Positions 35,743-43,260 of a DNA stretch of 43,894 nucleotides are shown piece after piece. The DNA lies in IMG/VR virus record IMGVR_UViG_3300030330_000362, positions 1 through 43,894 of that record, one strand, 5' to 3'. The DNA comes from a virus. Its lineage: Duplodnaviria > Caudoviricetes. Both the position numbers and the translations under genes were made by a program. The notes under the pieces are model-generated. The model did not search any database, was not told the origin of the DNA, and was given only the letters and a program-made list of their open reading frames with translations. The number at the start of each line of letters is the position of its first letter. Within the stretch, counting starts at the first letter, position 1.

Positions 35743-38090
35743 TAGCAAAAAAAATAGGTGGAATTTGAAACAACTGTAGGGTCTAATGTACCTACGATTG
35801 GTGGTGGTTCAGTGGCATTGATGTCCTGTGCAAAACGTGTAAGCCAACATTCTTCTGTGAATATATTGGTGTAGGTTTTTCGCACAAGCGTATTGAGTGT
35901 TCCCATGTCTCCTGCTCTACAAAGAACGGAGTCGTGGATAACTGTGAATGGCTCATTGAACTCAGTAAAAGATCTGTGTAAGAGCGAAGCGTCAAATGAA
36001 TGGATGTAGTTTGGAGCCGTACTTGATTTGTGTTTGGTAGGGCTGGGCTTTGAGTTACCGTTGGGTATCCTAATAGAGACACTCCCTAGTAACTGTAATC
36101 TCATCCTCTCTGTTTCAATGTCATCTCTTTTTTGATATACATGAAATCCAGAGGGAGTAGTCCATTCTACTGCAGTAGCACCATCTCTGATGTACTGGCC
36201 TACATGTTTTTTAATCCATCTCATTACCTTCATGGGCCCAGGAACTATGCTGTCCATGCTTTGATAGACTGCATTTACGATGGTTGTTAGCTCATCTTTG
36301 TCCACTTCAAACCCTTGCTCTTGTAATGATTCCCTTATGTACTTCCTACTGCTGTCTTTAGTAGCGTTGTAGGGTATAGTCATAACGGTTCGTTTAGTGG
36401 TCTTACGTGTCATCCATCGGTGCATGTATGACGGTAGGAACCTTTTGGCTTCGTCGGCAACTGCAAGGTAGGCGTCGCTTGGTTTCTGGCTGGGACAGAC
36501 ATTGACTAATTCAGCGGTAGACTTGTCTCGGGCCAGTCCTGCTAAAATCTGCAGACCAGAGCATGTTGCATCAACAGCGACCATAAGACCTGTTGTGTGT
36601 TTATCACCTTTGATACAGCAATGATAATACTCGTGACAGGCAGCCATAAACTGCCAAGGTTCTTCAACCTTTTCCCACTCGCTTAGGTTCTCGATGGGGT
36701 TGGTTGCAACCCTTGAAATTAAGTCTTTGTTTTGTTTGACCCACTCGTGTCGGTCATCCAACGTGGCCTTGTCCAACCCGTAGCTGGTAGCTACTTGAAA
36801 AGACAACCACAACTCAGACTCTTTACTTACACTGCACTCATTAGCAAATCTTAATAATGACTTACCAAAGTCTGTATCTTGTGGAGTGAGGAAGGCTGGA
36901 ATGGGATATGCTCTACCTCTGTAATCAAAAGACCAACAAAGATAGAAGTCCTCGTCTTTGAACTTTCTAGCCGCCTCCATCTGTGTTCTAGTTCTAACCG
37001 ATCTTTTAAAATTTATACGGTCAGCATTGTGAGCTTCAGCAACTTGTCTTCGCCAAGACTTGTTTACTTGCTCATCATCATCTGCAGCTGGTGGTCTAGG
37101 TGGTTTGAATGAAGGAGATATGGGTATAAATTTACCCACTACATACCCTCTTTCAACTAGCTCTTCAGCCACATCTAGTACGTGACGATTGACACGATAT
37201 TGCACCTTTTGTAACTTATTTAAAAAGTTTAAAGGCGTTTCTCCGTGTATTATGGTAACGTTGCTCCTAACCCTAGTCATTTCATGGCCTTTCATCATTC
37301 GGTTGGTTAAATAACCTCCGTAAATAATCTCACCATTTTCATCATAGCCCCAGTCATCAGGAGTCACTAACATAGGCCAAGGGATACCGCTAAATAACTC
37401 AGCAGATTTGATTAGTTCATGGCGTTTGGTATCAAACAACTCGGTAGGAACTACCTTGTAAAAATACCTTTTTCTGTGGTTGTGTTTGTCAACAGTAAAC
37501 CATTGAGTAGTCTGGATGACTGCATCTAAACCCCATCTCCCTAGTGTCAGTCTGGTTTTTGTCCCCCAGGAATCCCATTTAATTCCATGAAAACCAAACT
37601 TTTGGCTAGCGATTGCCTCACGTTGATGCGTACCACATGAGCTGTGATAGTATGTCTTCTCGATGTAGGACATAAGGTTAGGGTGCTCTTGTTTGTACCA
37701 TCTAAACTTAGCTTCTGCCTCCAATGCAGAGCCAATGGCAGCCAATACGGGAACCAATGTATTTTGGTTGGTGCGTGTACTGAACACTTTGTCAAAGGTA
37801 ACTTTCAACAGTATGGTAGCAATGGCTAATGGCTCCAGCTCGTCGAGATACTGCTTGATTGGTTGGTAATATTTACCAGCTTGACCATTCTGCAGTTTCC
37901 AAAACTGTGTCTGTATGTGCTCAACTAGGTAGGGTAATGCCTCTTTTATTGAGGATACTCCGTAAACGCTTGCACTTGCGTATGACTTCGATTCTAGCTG
38001 CTTTAATGAGTCGTGAAGCCTCTGCTTCCCTTGAGCTATAGCTTCCTGCTCCAGTAGAAACTGTCGGTGTAGGTTTGAATGAGTCTCCAT
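35742..38090 (-). CDS. T7-type single-subunit RNA polymerase (gp1)
   Basis: DYRGRAY, AVDATCSGLQ, RKTTKRTVMTIPY, PNYIHSFDA, IHDS motifs; likely start METHSN at 38090. Confidence 0.97.
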   Translation of the reverse strand: METHSNLHRQFLLEQEAIAQGKQRLHDSLKQLESKSYASASVYGVSSIKEALPYLVEHIQTQFWKLQNGQAGKYYQPIKQYLDELEPLAIATILLKVTFDKVFSTRTNQNTLVPVLAAIGSALEAEAKFRWYKQEHPNLMSYIEKTYYHSSCGTHQREAIASQKFGFHGIKWDSWGTKTRLTLGRWGLDAVIQTTQWFTVDKHNHRKRYFYKVVPTELFDTKRHELIKSAELFSGIPWPMLVTPDDWGYDENGEIIYGGYLTNRMMKGHEMTRVRSNVTIIHGETPLNFLNKLQKVQYRVNRHVLDVAEELVERGYVVGKFIPISPSFKPPRPPAADDDEQVNKSWRRQVAEAHNADRINFKRSVRTRTQMEAARKFKDEDFYLCWSFDYRGRAYPIPAFLTPQDTDFGKSLLRFANECSVSKESELWLSFQVATSYGLDKATLDDRHEWVKQNKDLISRVATNPIENLSEWEKVEEPWQFMAACHEYYHCCIKGDKHTTGLMVAVDATCSGLQILAGLARDKSTAELVNVCPSQKPSDAYLAVADEAKRFLPSYMHRWMTRKTTKRTVMTIPYNATKDSSRKYIRESLQEQGFEVDKDELTTIVNAVYQSMDSIVPGPMKVMRWIKKHVGQYIRDGATAVEWTTPSGFHVYQKRDDIETERMRLQLLGSVSIRIPNGNSKPSPTKHKSSTAPNYIHSFDASLLHRSFTEFNEPFTVIHDSVLCRAGDMGTLNTLVRKTYTNIFTEECWLTRFAQDINATEPPPIVGTLDPTVVSNSTYFFC
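37243..37266 (-). promoter_or_regulatory. Candidate phage-RNAP promoter inside the RNAP gene
   Basis: Exact 24-bp copy of 43237..43260 (GAGCAACGTTACCATAATACACGG on the minus strand). Confidence 0.55.
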
Positions 38091-38160
38091 AGGCGAGAAA
38101 TAGTGAGTATTCGTAGTCATCAAGGCAATCAATTTGCCGTTGAGTTAGTTTACGTATCAT
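37921..38160 (-). CDS. Small ORF overlapping the RNAP 5' end out of frame
   Basis: MIRKLTQRQIDCLDDYEYSLFLAYGD...; its start overlaps the upstream stop region. Confidence 0.5.
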   Translation of the reverse strand: MIRKLTQRQIDCLDDYEYSLFLAYGDSFKPTPTVSTGAGSYSSREAEASRLIKAARIEVIRKCKRLRSILNKRGITLPS

Positions 38161-38425
38161 AAGTTTTACATTGGGGTTCATGTGGATGCACCTTACAGTA
38201 TTCCTCCATGCTTTCGTAACATTTCCAGTTGGGTAGGAAAAACCTGGGGTCGTTAAGGCTGTCATACCTTAGCTCCAGCTGTCCTGTAGCTGCAAGTAAT
38301 ACTAAAAGGTCGGTGGGTTTCTCTTCTTCGAGTGTGGTATCAATCGACATAGATACCTCCCCAGTATCATCATCTATCCAATAGCCCTTTTTGTCAAGGA
38401 CATTGGCTAAGTCATGTGGGTTCAT
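38150..38425 (-). CDS. Acidic early protein with CP12-like C-terminal motif
   Basis: Ends MEEYCKVHPHEPQCKTYDT (C-x8-C-x2-YD). Confidence 0.7.
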   Translation of the reverse strand: MNPHDLANVLDKKGYWIDDDTGEVSMSIDTTLEEEKPTDLLVLLAATGQLELRYDSLNDPRFFLPNWKCYESMEEYCKVHPHEPQCKTYDT

Positions 38426-38715
38426 GGGATAAAGTCAAGTGTGTCTAAAATTTCGTTGCTGGTCATCACCATGTAGTCATTACCATCTTCAAGTAACTTG
38501 GTCATGTACCTCTTGGCAGCTATACCATTTCGGTATGACCTTTCGTTAATCTTTCCGTTGGGTAACATGGCTCTGACTACACATACATAGGATGGCGGTA
38601 GCTCCCATGTGAGAGCTGCCTCATACCCCATATCAAAGGTAACTTGTGTCAACTTGTTAGTGGCCTTCCATTTGTTTAGTTCTTTGATGCGGTTGTTGAA
38701 TATTCGTCCTGCCAT
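38422..38715 (-). CDS. Conserved cyanopodovirus early protein
   Basis: WELPPSYVCVVRA...GKINERSYR; ATGA-coupled. Confidence 0.75.
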   Translation of the reverse strand: MAGRIFNNRIKELNKWKATNKLTQVTFDMGYEAALTWELPPSYVCVVRAMLPNGKINERSYRNGIAAKRYMTKLLEDGNDYMVMTSNEILDTLDFIP

Positions 38716-38716
38716 T

Positions 38717-38836
38717 TTACCAAATGTGTAATTGTCCTCTCGGTGGAGGTGGGTTGTTTTTTGTGTGCATGAATACTAGCACTTGGCATCCATTAAACAT
38801 GAAGCCAATAGCAAATATTATCAATGCGTTCCTCAT
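38717..38836 (-). CDS. Small hydrophobic peptide (39 aa; not in track)
   Basis: MRNALIIFAIGFMFNGCQVLVF...; ATGA-coupled. Confidence 0.5.
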   Translation of the reverse strand: MRNALIIFAIGFMFNGCQVLVFMHTKNNPPPPRGQLHIW

Positions 38837-38961
38837 AGGCACCTGTCCTCGAATCTAATCTTGGCGATGGCCTCCCAAGCATCTTGGTCAAGCTCGGGGT
38901 GATCTTCTTGTACTTCCTCATAGATTTGCTCCATGATGGTTTCGTGGTGTAGAGTGCTCAT
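38833..38961 (-). CDS. Small acidic protein (42 aa; not in track)
   Basis: MSTLHHETIMEQIYEEVQED...RFED; ATGA-coupled. Confidence 0.65.
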   Translation of the reverse strand: MSTLHHETIMEQIYEEVQEDHPELDQDAWEAIAKIRFEDRCL

Positions 38962-39119
38962 AATGTTTCAACAAATGATCTGTGTAAAATGTCCCACTTC
39001 AAAGCCTTGTCTTTGAGTATGCGTAGCTCGTCAACAACCTCTGAGGTAGATAGCTGGTCTTGCCCTGAGCCTTGTTTGGCTACAGTGAATACCTCGTCGA
39101 TAAACTCTTGTGTAGTCAT
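38958..39119 (-). CDS. Hypothetical protein (53 aa; not in track)
   Basis: MTTQEFIDEVF...LKDKALKWD; tiles the gap. Confidence 0.6.
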   Translation of the reverse strand: MTTQEFIDEVFTVAKQGSGQDQLSTSEVVDELRILKDKALKWDILHRSFVETL

Positions 39120-39120
39120 C

Positions 39121-39387
39121 TTAGGCACCTATCTCTACTACCTTTGAACCAGCGGACTTTTTTGACGACTCGTACTCCTCAAAGGCGACACGCTCCTCGG
39201 TAATAGTCTTGACGTCATGGCACTCAAGGGTGTACTCTTCGCCATCAGCAGCCATATCTGTAAGCCTTTTGAGTCTGTACAGTGCAGCCTCAGCATCAAT
39301 GAATACGCCAAGAACTGTGCGTTCGTAGTGATATGGACATAGGCGTGTGAGTGTCCACATTTGGATGGAATTGTTAGGATTGGTCAT
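39121..39387 (-). CDS. Hypothetical early protein
   Basis: 88-aa ORF in a coupled chain. Confidence 0.65.
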   Translation of the reverse strand: MTNPNNSIQMWTLTRLCPYHYERTVLGVFIDAEAALYRLKRLTDMAADGEEYTLECHDVKTITEERVAFEEYESSKKSAGSKVVEIGA

Positions 39388-39545
39388 GTGAAGTCCTTTT
39401 GTAGTTTGTTAATAAATCTGGTGCAAAGTTGGTCGAAAGATTTGAGACTTTTGCGTGTTACACCGTCATCCTCGTCCCCGAAGTAGTAGAAGTTCTTGTG
39501 AACATCCTCTACAAAATTCATAAGGGCTTGATCGTTGTTAGTCAT
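39384..39545 (-). CDS. Hypothetical protein (53 aa; not in track)
   Basis: MTNNDQALMNFVEDVHKNFYYFG...; ATGA-coupled to the next gene. Confidence 0.6.
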   Translation of the reverse strand: MTNNDQALMNFVEDVHKNFYYFGDEDDGVTRKSLKSFDQLCTRFINKLQKDFT

Positions 39546-39870
39546 GTGATTGTAGCCATTGTAAGGATTTTAGCATAATCCTGGGGTCATCGTCAAGCTT
39601 GCCAAATGCTGTGTTGCATGGGTCGCAGATGTAACCTCGGAATTTATCTGTGCGGTGGCAATGGTCGAGCACCCAGCGTGTTGTATGCCTCCCACATGCA
39701 GGACAAGCACCCGACGATGGTGGCTTGTGCATCCTGCGTAGGCGGTTACGAACTCTGACGTGATGGTTTTGACAGGACTTGCACGTATTCTTACGTCCAG
39801 CCCCAGCAGTTGAAAATAGTGGGAAGGAGTCAAGTGGCTTGAGCTCTCCGCATTGCCTGCACTGTTTCAT
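39538..39870 (-). CDS. Endonuclease VII-like (His-Me finger) nuclease
   Basis: CRQC...CKSC; CPACG...VLDHCHRTDKFRGYICDPCN. Confidence 0.88.
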   Translation of the reverse strand: MKQCRQCGELKPLDSFPLFSTAGAGRKNTCKSCQNHHVRVRNRLRRMHKPPSSGACPACGRHTTRWVLDHCHRTDKFRGYICDPCNTAFGKLDDDPRIMLKSLQWLQSHD

Positions 39871-40010
39871 AAATCAAGCCAAGTTTCGTTTGACTTAAGA
39901 ACACCTAGCTCACGCATTATGGTGTCAAAGGTGGATTGACCACTGCTAGTCATTGATTGGTAGTCCCAACCAAGGTCAGTGAGTAGGTCTAGTAGTCTTT
40001 TAGAGCTCAT
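39867..40010 (-). CDS. Hypothetical protein (47 aa; not in track)
   Basis: MSSKRLLDLLTDLGWDYQSMTSSGQ...; ATGA overlaps on both sides. Confidence 0.65.
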   Translation of the reverse strand: MSSKRLLDLLTDLGWDYQSMTSSGQSTFDTIMRELGVLKSNETWLDL

Positions 40011-40207
40011 TGTAGAAAATCTGTGTAAATGACCTCATCAGCGAGCATAGATAGACCCGCATTGGATAGTATGTCTTCGAGGAGGCCGCTCTCTGCGTCC
40101 TCAACGGTAACAGCTATGGTGCCATTAGTTGATGGCTCGTAGCTCTGCCCCATAGATAGTAGGCTGGGAGCTGTGGATTGATCGAAGATTAGCTTCACGT
40201 TAGACAT
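40007..40207 (-). CDS. Acidic hypothetical early protein
   Basis: 66-aa ORF in a coupled chain. Confidence 0.6.
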   Translation of the reverse strand: MSNVKLIFDQSTAPSLLSMGQSYEPSTNGTIAVTVEDAESGLLEDILSNAGLSMLADEVIYTDFLQ

Positions 40208-40487
40208 TTGTTGCTAGCTCCGCTGGTAGTGATACTCTGACCTTTGGACGTCTGTGGTAGTAAGCGTCTGCGATCTGCTTGACATGTACACCCTGAGCTT
40301 TGCAGTTCTTGTTGACCCAGAACCCAAGGCTCATCTGTGGTTGTGTGAGTAGGTTAGCAATAGCTCTGCGTGATACATTGGTGTACTCGTATGAAGAGCC
40401 AGTCAAGTATGTAACTGTAGCTGATCCAGTGATAGGGTCAACGTCGATGGACTTGACACATGTTGAAGTGCGTTTTTTTGGTTGCAT
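40200..40487 (-). CDS. Early protein with KTSC-like pattern
   Basis: RTSTCVKSIDVD...VTYLTGSSYEYTNVSRRAI...SLGFWVN; first gene after the promoter at 40531-40559. Confidence 0.65.
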   Translation of the reverse strand: MQPKKRTSTCVKSIDVDPITGSATVTYLTGSSYEYTNVSRRAIANLLTQPQMSLGFWVNKNCKAQGVHVKQIADAYYHRRPKVRVSLPAELATNV

Positions 40488-40530
40488 GATAGTTGTGTGG
40501 TAAACAGCAGAGGGTGAGGCCCTCAGAGAT

Positions 40531-40559
40531 AGCATAGCAGCTATCTGGGAGAACGTCAA
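40531..40559 (-). promoter_or_regulatory. Sigma70-type promoter
   Basis: TTGACG-17 nt-TATGCT with TG extension. Confidence 0.7.
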
Positions 40560-41143
40560 CCCCATTGGCTAGCCATTGCGTCGGCTATGCCCTGATACGT
40601 TGCAGCACGTAGCTTCCAACGATCTTCTGATGGGCCGAGCTTGTTTTGACCGCTGGGTGTTTGGTTGTCCCAGTAGCCACGCTCGGGTAGCTCCAGCTCA
40701 TTGGTAGGTATGAGTGGTGGTAGATTCTTGAGCCACAGGCCAGTCTTTTTGGCCTCGGGGTGCCCGAACTGGTAGGGGTGGATGTATTGGGCTGGCTTGC
40801 CTAGTTTACTGCGTGTAGACAAGGCACCAACAGGGTTTTCAATGCAAATCCTGGGGCAAGGTAGCTGCCAGATACGTTCGACGAACTCGATGGCTCGGCC
40901 TTGGCGTCCGTCCTTGACTTTCTCGGCCCAGTATTTAGAACCTGAGACTGCTAGATCTGTGCAGGGTGGGTGTGCGATGATAAGATCCCAGTGACCATAA
41001 GCGATCTGGAACATATCACCTTGGTAGTGCTTGCCGAATGGCTGCTCGGAAGCTAGGTAGTCACAGCTGGTAGCGTCATGGCCTCGCTTGGTGAAGGCTT
41101 CACGTACTACCCCGCTGAACTCGCAGGCGATTAGTACTTTCAT
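40556..41143 (-). CDS. Phage C5 DNA cytosine methyltransferase-like protein
   Basis: MKVLIACEFSG (SAM-binding variant), DLIIAHPPC (catalytic PC), IENP, QFGH...KKTGLW; ATG 41143 overlaps the upstream TGA. Confidence 0.8.
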   Translation of the reverse strand: MKVLIACEFSGVVREAFTKRGHDATSCDYLASEQPFGKHYQGDMFQIAYGHWDLIIAHPPCTDLAVSGSKYWAEKVKDGRQGRAIEFVERIWQLPCPRICIENPVGALSTRSKLGKPAQYIHPYQFGHPEAKKTGLWLKNLPPLIPTNELELPERGYWDNQTPSGQNKLGPSEDRWKLRAATYQGIADAMASQWG

Positions 41144-41322
41144 ACGTGTGGGTGTTTGTGGCGTAGGCGTCTGTATTCTAGGTATTGGATGGCTTGCCAT
41201 ACCTCGGGTGGCAGCTGTTGGCTGGCTTGTGTCTCCTTAAGCGTAGGGCGTCTCCGTTTGTGAGAGTCCTTGCTCGGGGTCGAAGAACCACCTGTCGGTG
41301 TGGGCTGATTCGCAGAGGTCAT
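41140..41322 (-). CDS. Hypothetical protein
   Basis: MTSANQP...RRRPTLKE...; ATGA-coupled to the MTase. Confidence 0.5.
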   Translation of the reverse strand: MTSANQPTPTGGSSTPSKDSHKRRRPTLKETQASQQLPPEVWQAIQYLEYRRLRHKHPHV

Positions 41323-41437
41323 AGTTTTTCTCGTGTAAGGATGTGAGAGTGAGAACAATGGCAGGGTCAGATAGTATGCCTTTGTAGGACATGACTGCCC
41401 CACATATTACAGGCTCGAAGGTTAGTTGTCTATACAT
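41237..41437 (-). CDS. Hypothetical protein
   Basis: MYRQLTFEPV...; its ATG overlaps the end of the upstream gene. Confidence 0.4.
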   Translation of the reverse strand: MYRQLTFEPVICGAVMSYKGILSDPAIVLTLTSLHEKNYDLCESAHTDRWFFDPEQGLSQTETPYA

Positions 41438-42095
41438 TGTAGATACGTTTGTGTGTAACCCATGTGATAGCTTGGATGTCGGCTGGGTAGAAGTGCTCGG
41501 AGAGCTCCTCATTGATGAACGCGGTGGCGTCACGATAGTCTTGCTTGATGGTAGCCCGTAGCTTCTTGCCAATGGGCGGTACCTCTTTCATGGTGAGACG
41601 TTGGCCGAACCACACACTGTAGGCGTGGCCGTCGATGCACACGTCAGTCATGGCTGGGTTGGTGATGCAGTTGTAGAACTCGGTGATTTTGGGGCCGTTG
41701 AGAATGTCAACGATGTAGCAGGATGCTGAGTTAAGAATCTGCAGGGCCTTGACTAGCATTGGTTTGTACGTACACACTTTGACTGCGAGCACGTCGTCGT
41801 CGTCGCCATGCCGCCACGCCTTGATGACGTTCTCAGCGTCGATGATGTTACGCTCCCAACGGTTGTTAGGTGATAGGGCAGCGATGACGCCAGCAACAAC
41901 CTGAGCCGAGAGCCCATACTTTTCGCCAATGCGGGCGGAGATTTTGAGTGCTGAAGGGTACCAGTCGCAGCCGAGCTGAACTTCTTGGCTGGTGGCTAGT
42001 GTGAACTTAGCAACAATCTCACGTGCATTGTGTGATAGATGAGAATAAGACACGATTTGGTGATTGTGGATGTGAGCGGTTGGTAGGAATTGCAC
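41430..42095 (-). CDS. HhH-GPD / DNA-glycosylase-like phage protein
   Basis: G.DWY...VIAALSP...W.RN...GPKITEFY..I...VCIDGHA...Y..A...QAITW pattern; the start may be GTG 42053. Confidence 0.6.
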   Translation of the reverse strand: MQFLPTAHIHNHQIVSYSHLSHNAREIVAKFTLATSQEVQLGCDWYPSALKISARIGEKYGLSAQVVAGVIAALSPNNRWERNIIDAENVIKAWRHGDDDDVLAVKVCTYKPMLVKALQILNSASCYIVDILNGPKITEFYNCITNPAMTDVCIDGHAYSVWFGQRLTMKEVPPIGKKLRATIKQDYRDATAFINEELSEHFYPADIQAITWVTHKRIYNV

Positions 42096-42107
42096 CCGCC
42101 TGAACTA

Positions 42108-42136
42108 ACTATAGACCGCATGAAAGAGTTTGTCAA
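42108..42136 (-). promoter_or_regulatory. Strong sigma70 early promoter
   Basis: TTGACA-17 nt-TATAGT. Confidence 0.85.
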
Positions 42137-42388
42137 GGTATTTTATCAAATGCTAACATTTGTCTAGTTGGCTAGAAACAAACTCTAGTAAGTAATTGGT
42201 TAGCGTCCGTTTGTATTCCCACACAGTCCCACTAGATTCCTGGGCCCTCAAGCCCGACAGAATTGGTGGTAACGCTCCCTGATCGCCAGTGACGTATGCC
42301 CGTAGCATATTGTCCGTTTAACTAATTGGTTGAGCTGTACTCTAGTTCTAAGCTAGAGCCCCCGTGTTTGGTTTTGTTTGATACCTTT

Positions 42389-42417
42389 ATATTATATGGT
42401 ATCTTGTAAGGGGTCAA
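42389..42417 (-). promoter_or_regulatory. Sigma70 early promoter
   Basis: TTGACC-17 nt-TAATAT (TATAAT at 15 nt). Confidence 0.55.
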
Positions 42418-42489
42418 TCTTGTTGTTACATTTAGTAATAATTGACTTTTGTTGTTTTGCTGGTGTGACCTCTTTAGGTGTATGTATTC

Positions 42490-42517
42490 AATATAGCTAC
42501 CTATTCGAGAATGTCAA
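42490..42517 (-). promoter_or_regulatory. Sigma70 early promoter
   Basis: TTGACA-16 nt-TATATT. Confidence 0.55.
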
Positions 42518-42894
42518 GTATGTTTTAATTTGCTGACATTTGGTGTTTGATAGCCTATAAATAATTACACGCAGGGTAAACCGACGATTGTGGCCTATTG
42601 GGTTTTGGGCCATAGTACAAGTGTACTAAATATAGGTATTTGTACTCATATAATCCGAGCTTATGTATTATTTGTTACATATAAGCATTTCTTATATATG
42701 GGCCTTCAGTCTCAGCTGGTTCCTTATTTTTTCATAAGTATTTTTAATGTATTAAATAATATAAGTAAATATACTCGGCCCCACGGATAGTGCAACAATA
42801 TGTTAGTAAACCCATAAATAGCACAACAGATGGCCCCGCATGCCTTTAGAGGTTTTGCATAGGTCGGTTAACCGTACCCAGGTTTTGACGTTTT

Positions 42895-42923
42895 AGGGTA
42901 TCACATCCCCGCGAGTCTGTCAA
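42895..42923 (-). promoter_or_regulatory. Sigma70 early promoter
   Basis: TTGACA-17 nt-TACCCT with TG extension. Confidence 0.55.
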
Positions 42924-42965
42924 GTGTGCCAAACATTAAAGTGTCCACCAGGTATGCCCCCCCGC

Positions 42966-42993
42966 GTTATACCATAAATTTTTTATATGTCAA
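42966..42993 (-). promoter_or_regulatory. Sigma70 early promoter
   Basis: TTGACA-16 nt-TATAAC with TG extension. Confidence 0.6.
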
Positions 42994-43236
42994 GAGTATA
43001 AATACCTATATGTCAGGATATACGCACAAGGGGCCCCTCGGGGGTAATCGCAAGTACGCTGCGTATGAATACCGTATGAAAAATTTTACCAAAATCTAGA
43101 CACCCCTGTAAGACACCCACGTACTGCACTAGGTACCTTAGAGGGTGGTGTAGATGTTGGCTCCAGCAATCGGGGGACTGGAGGGGCTAATGCCCCCCCT
43201 TGACCGCTGTTTCCACCCACGAGGAGCACCACTTCC

Positions 43237-43260
43237 CCGTGTATTATGGTAACGTTGCTC
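43237..43260 (-). promoter_or_regulatory. Candidate phage-RNAP promoter just after terL (phi-OR-like position)
   Basis: Exact 24-bp copy of 37243..37266. Confidence 0.55.

Noticed and set aside
42590-42790. 66-aa plus-strand ORF in the end region
   Set aside because: AT-rich, opposite strand, no RBS; likely spurious.
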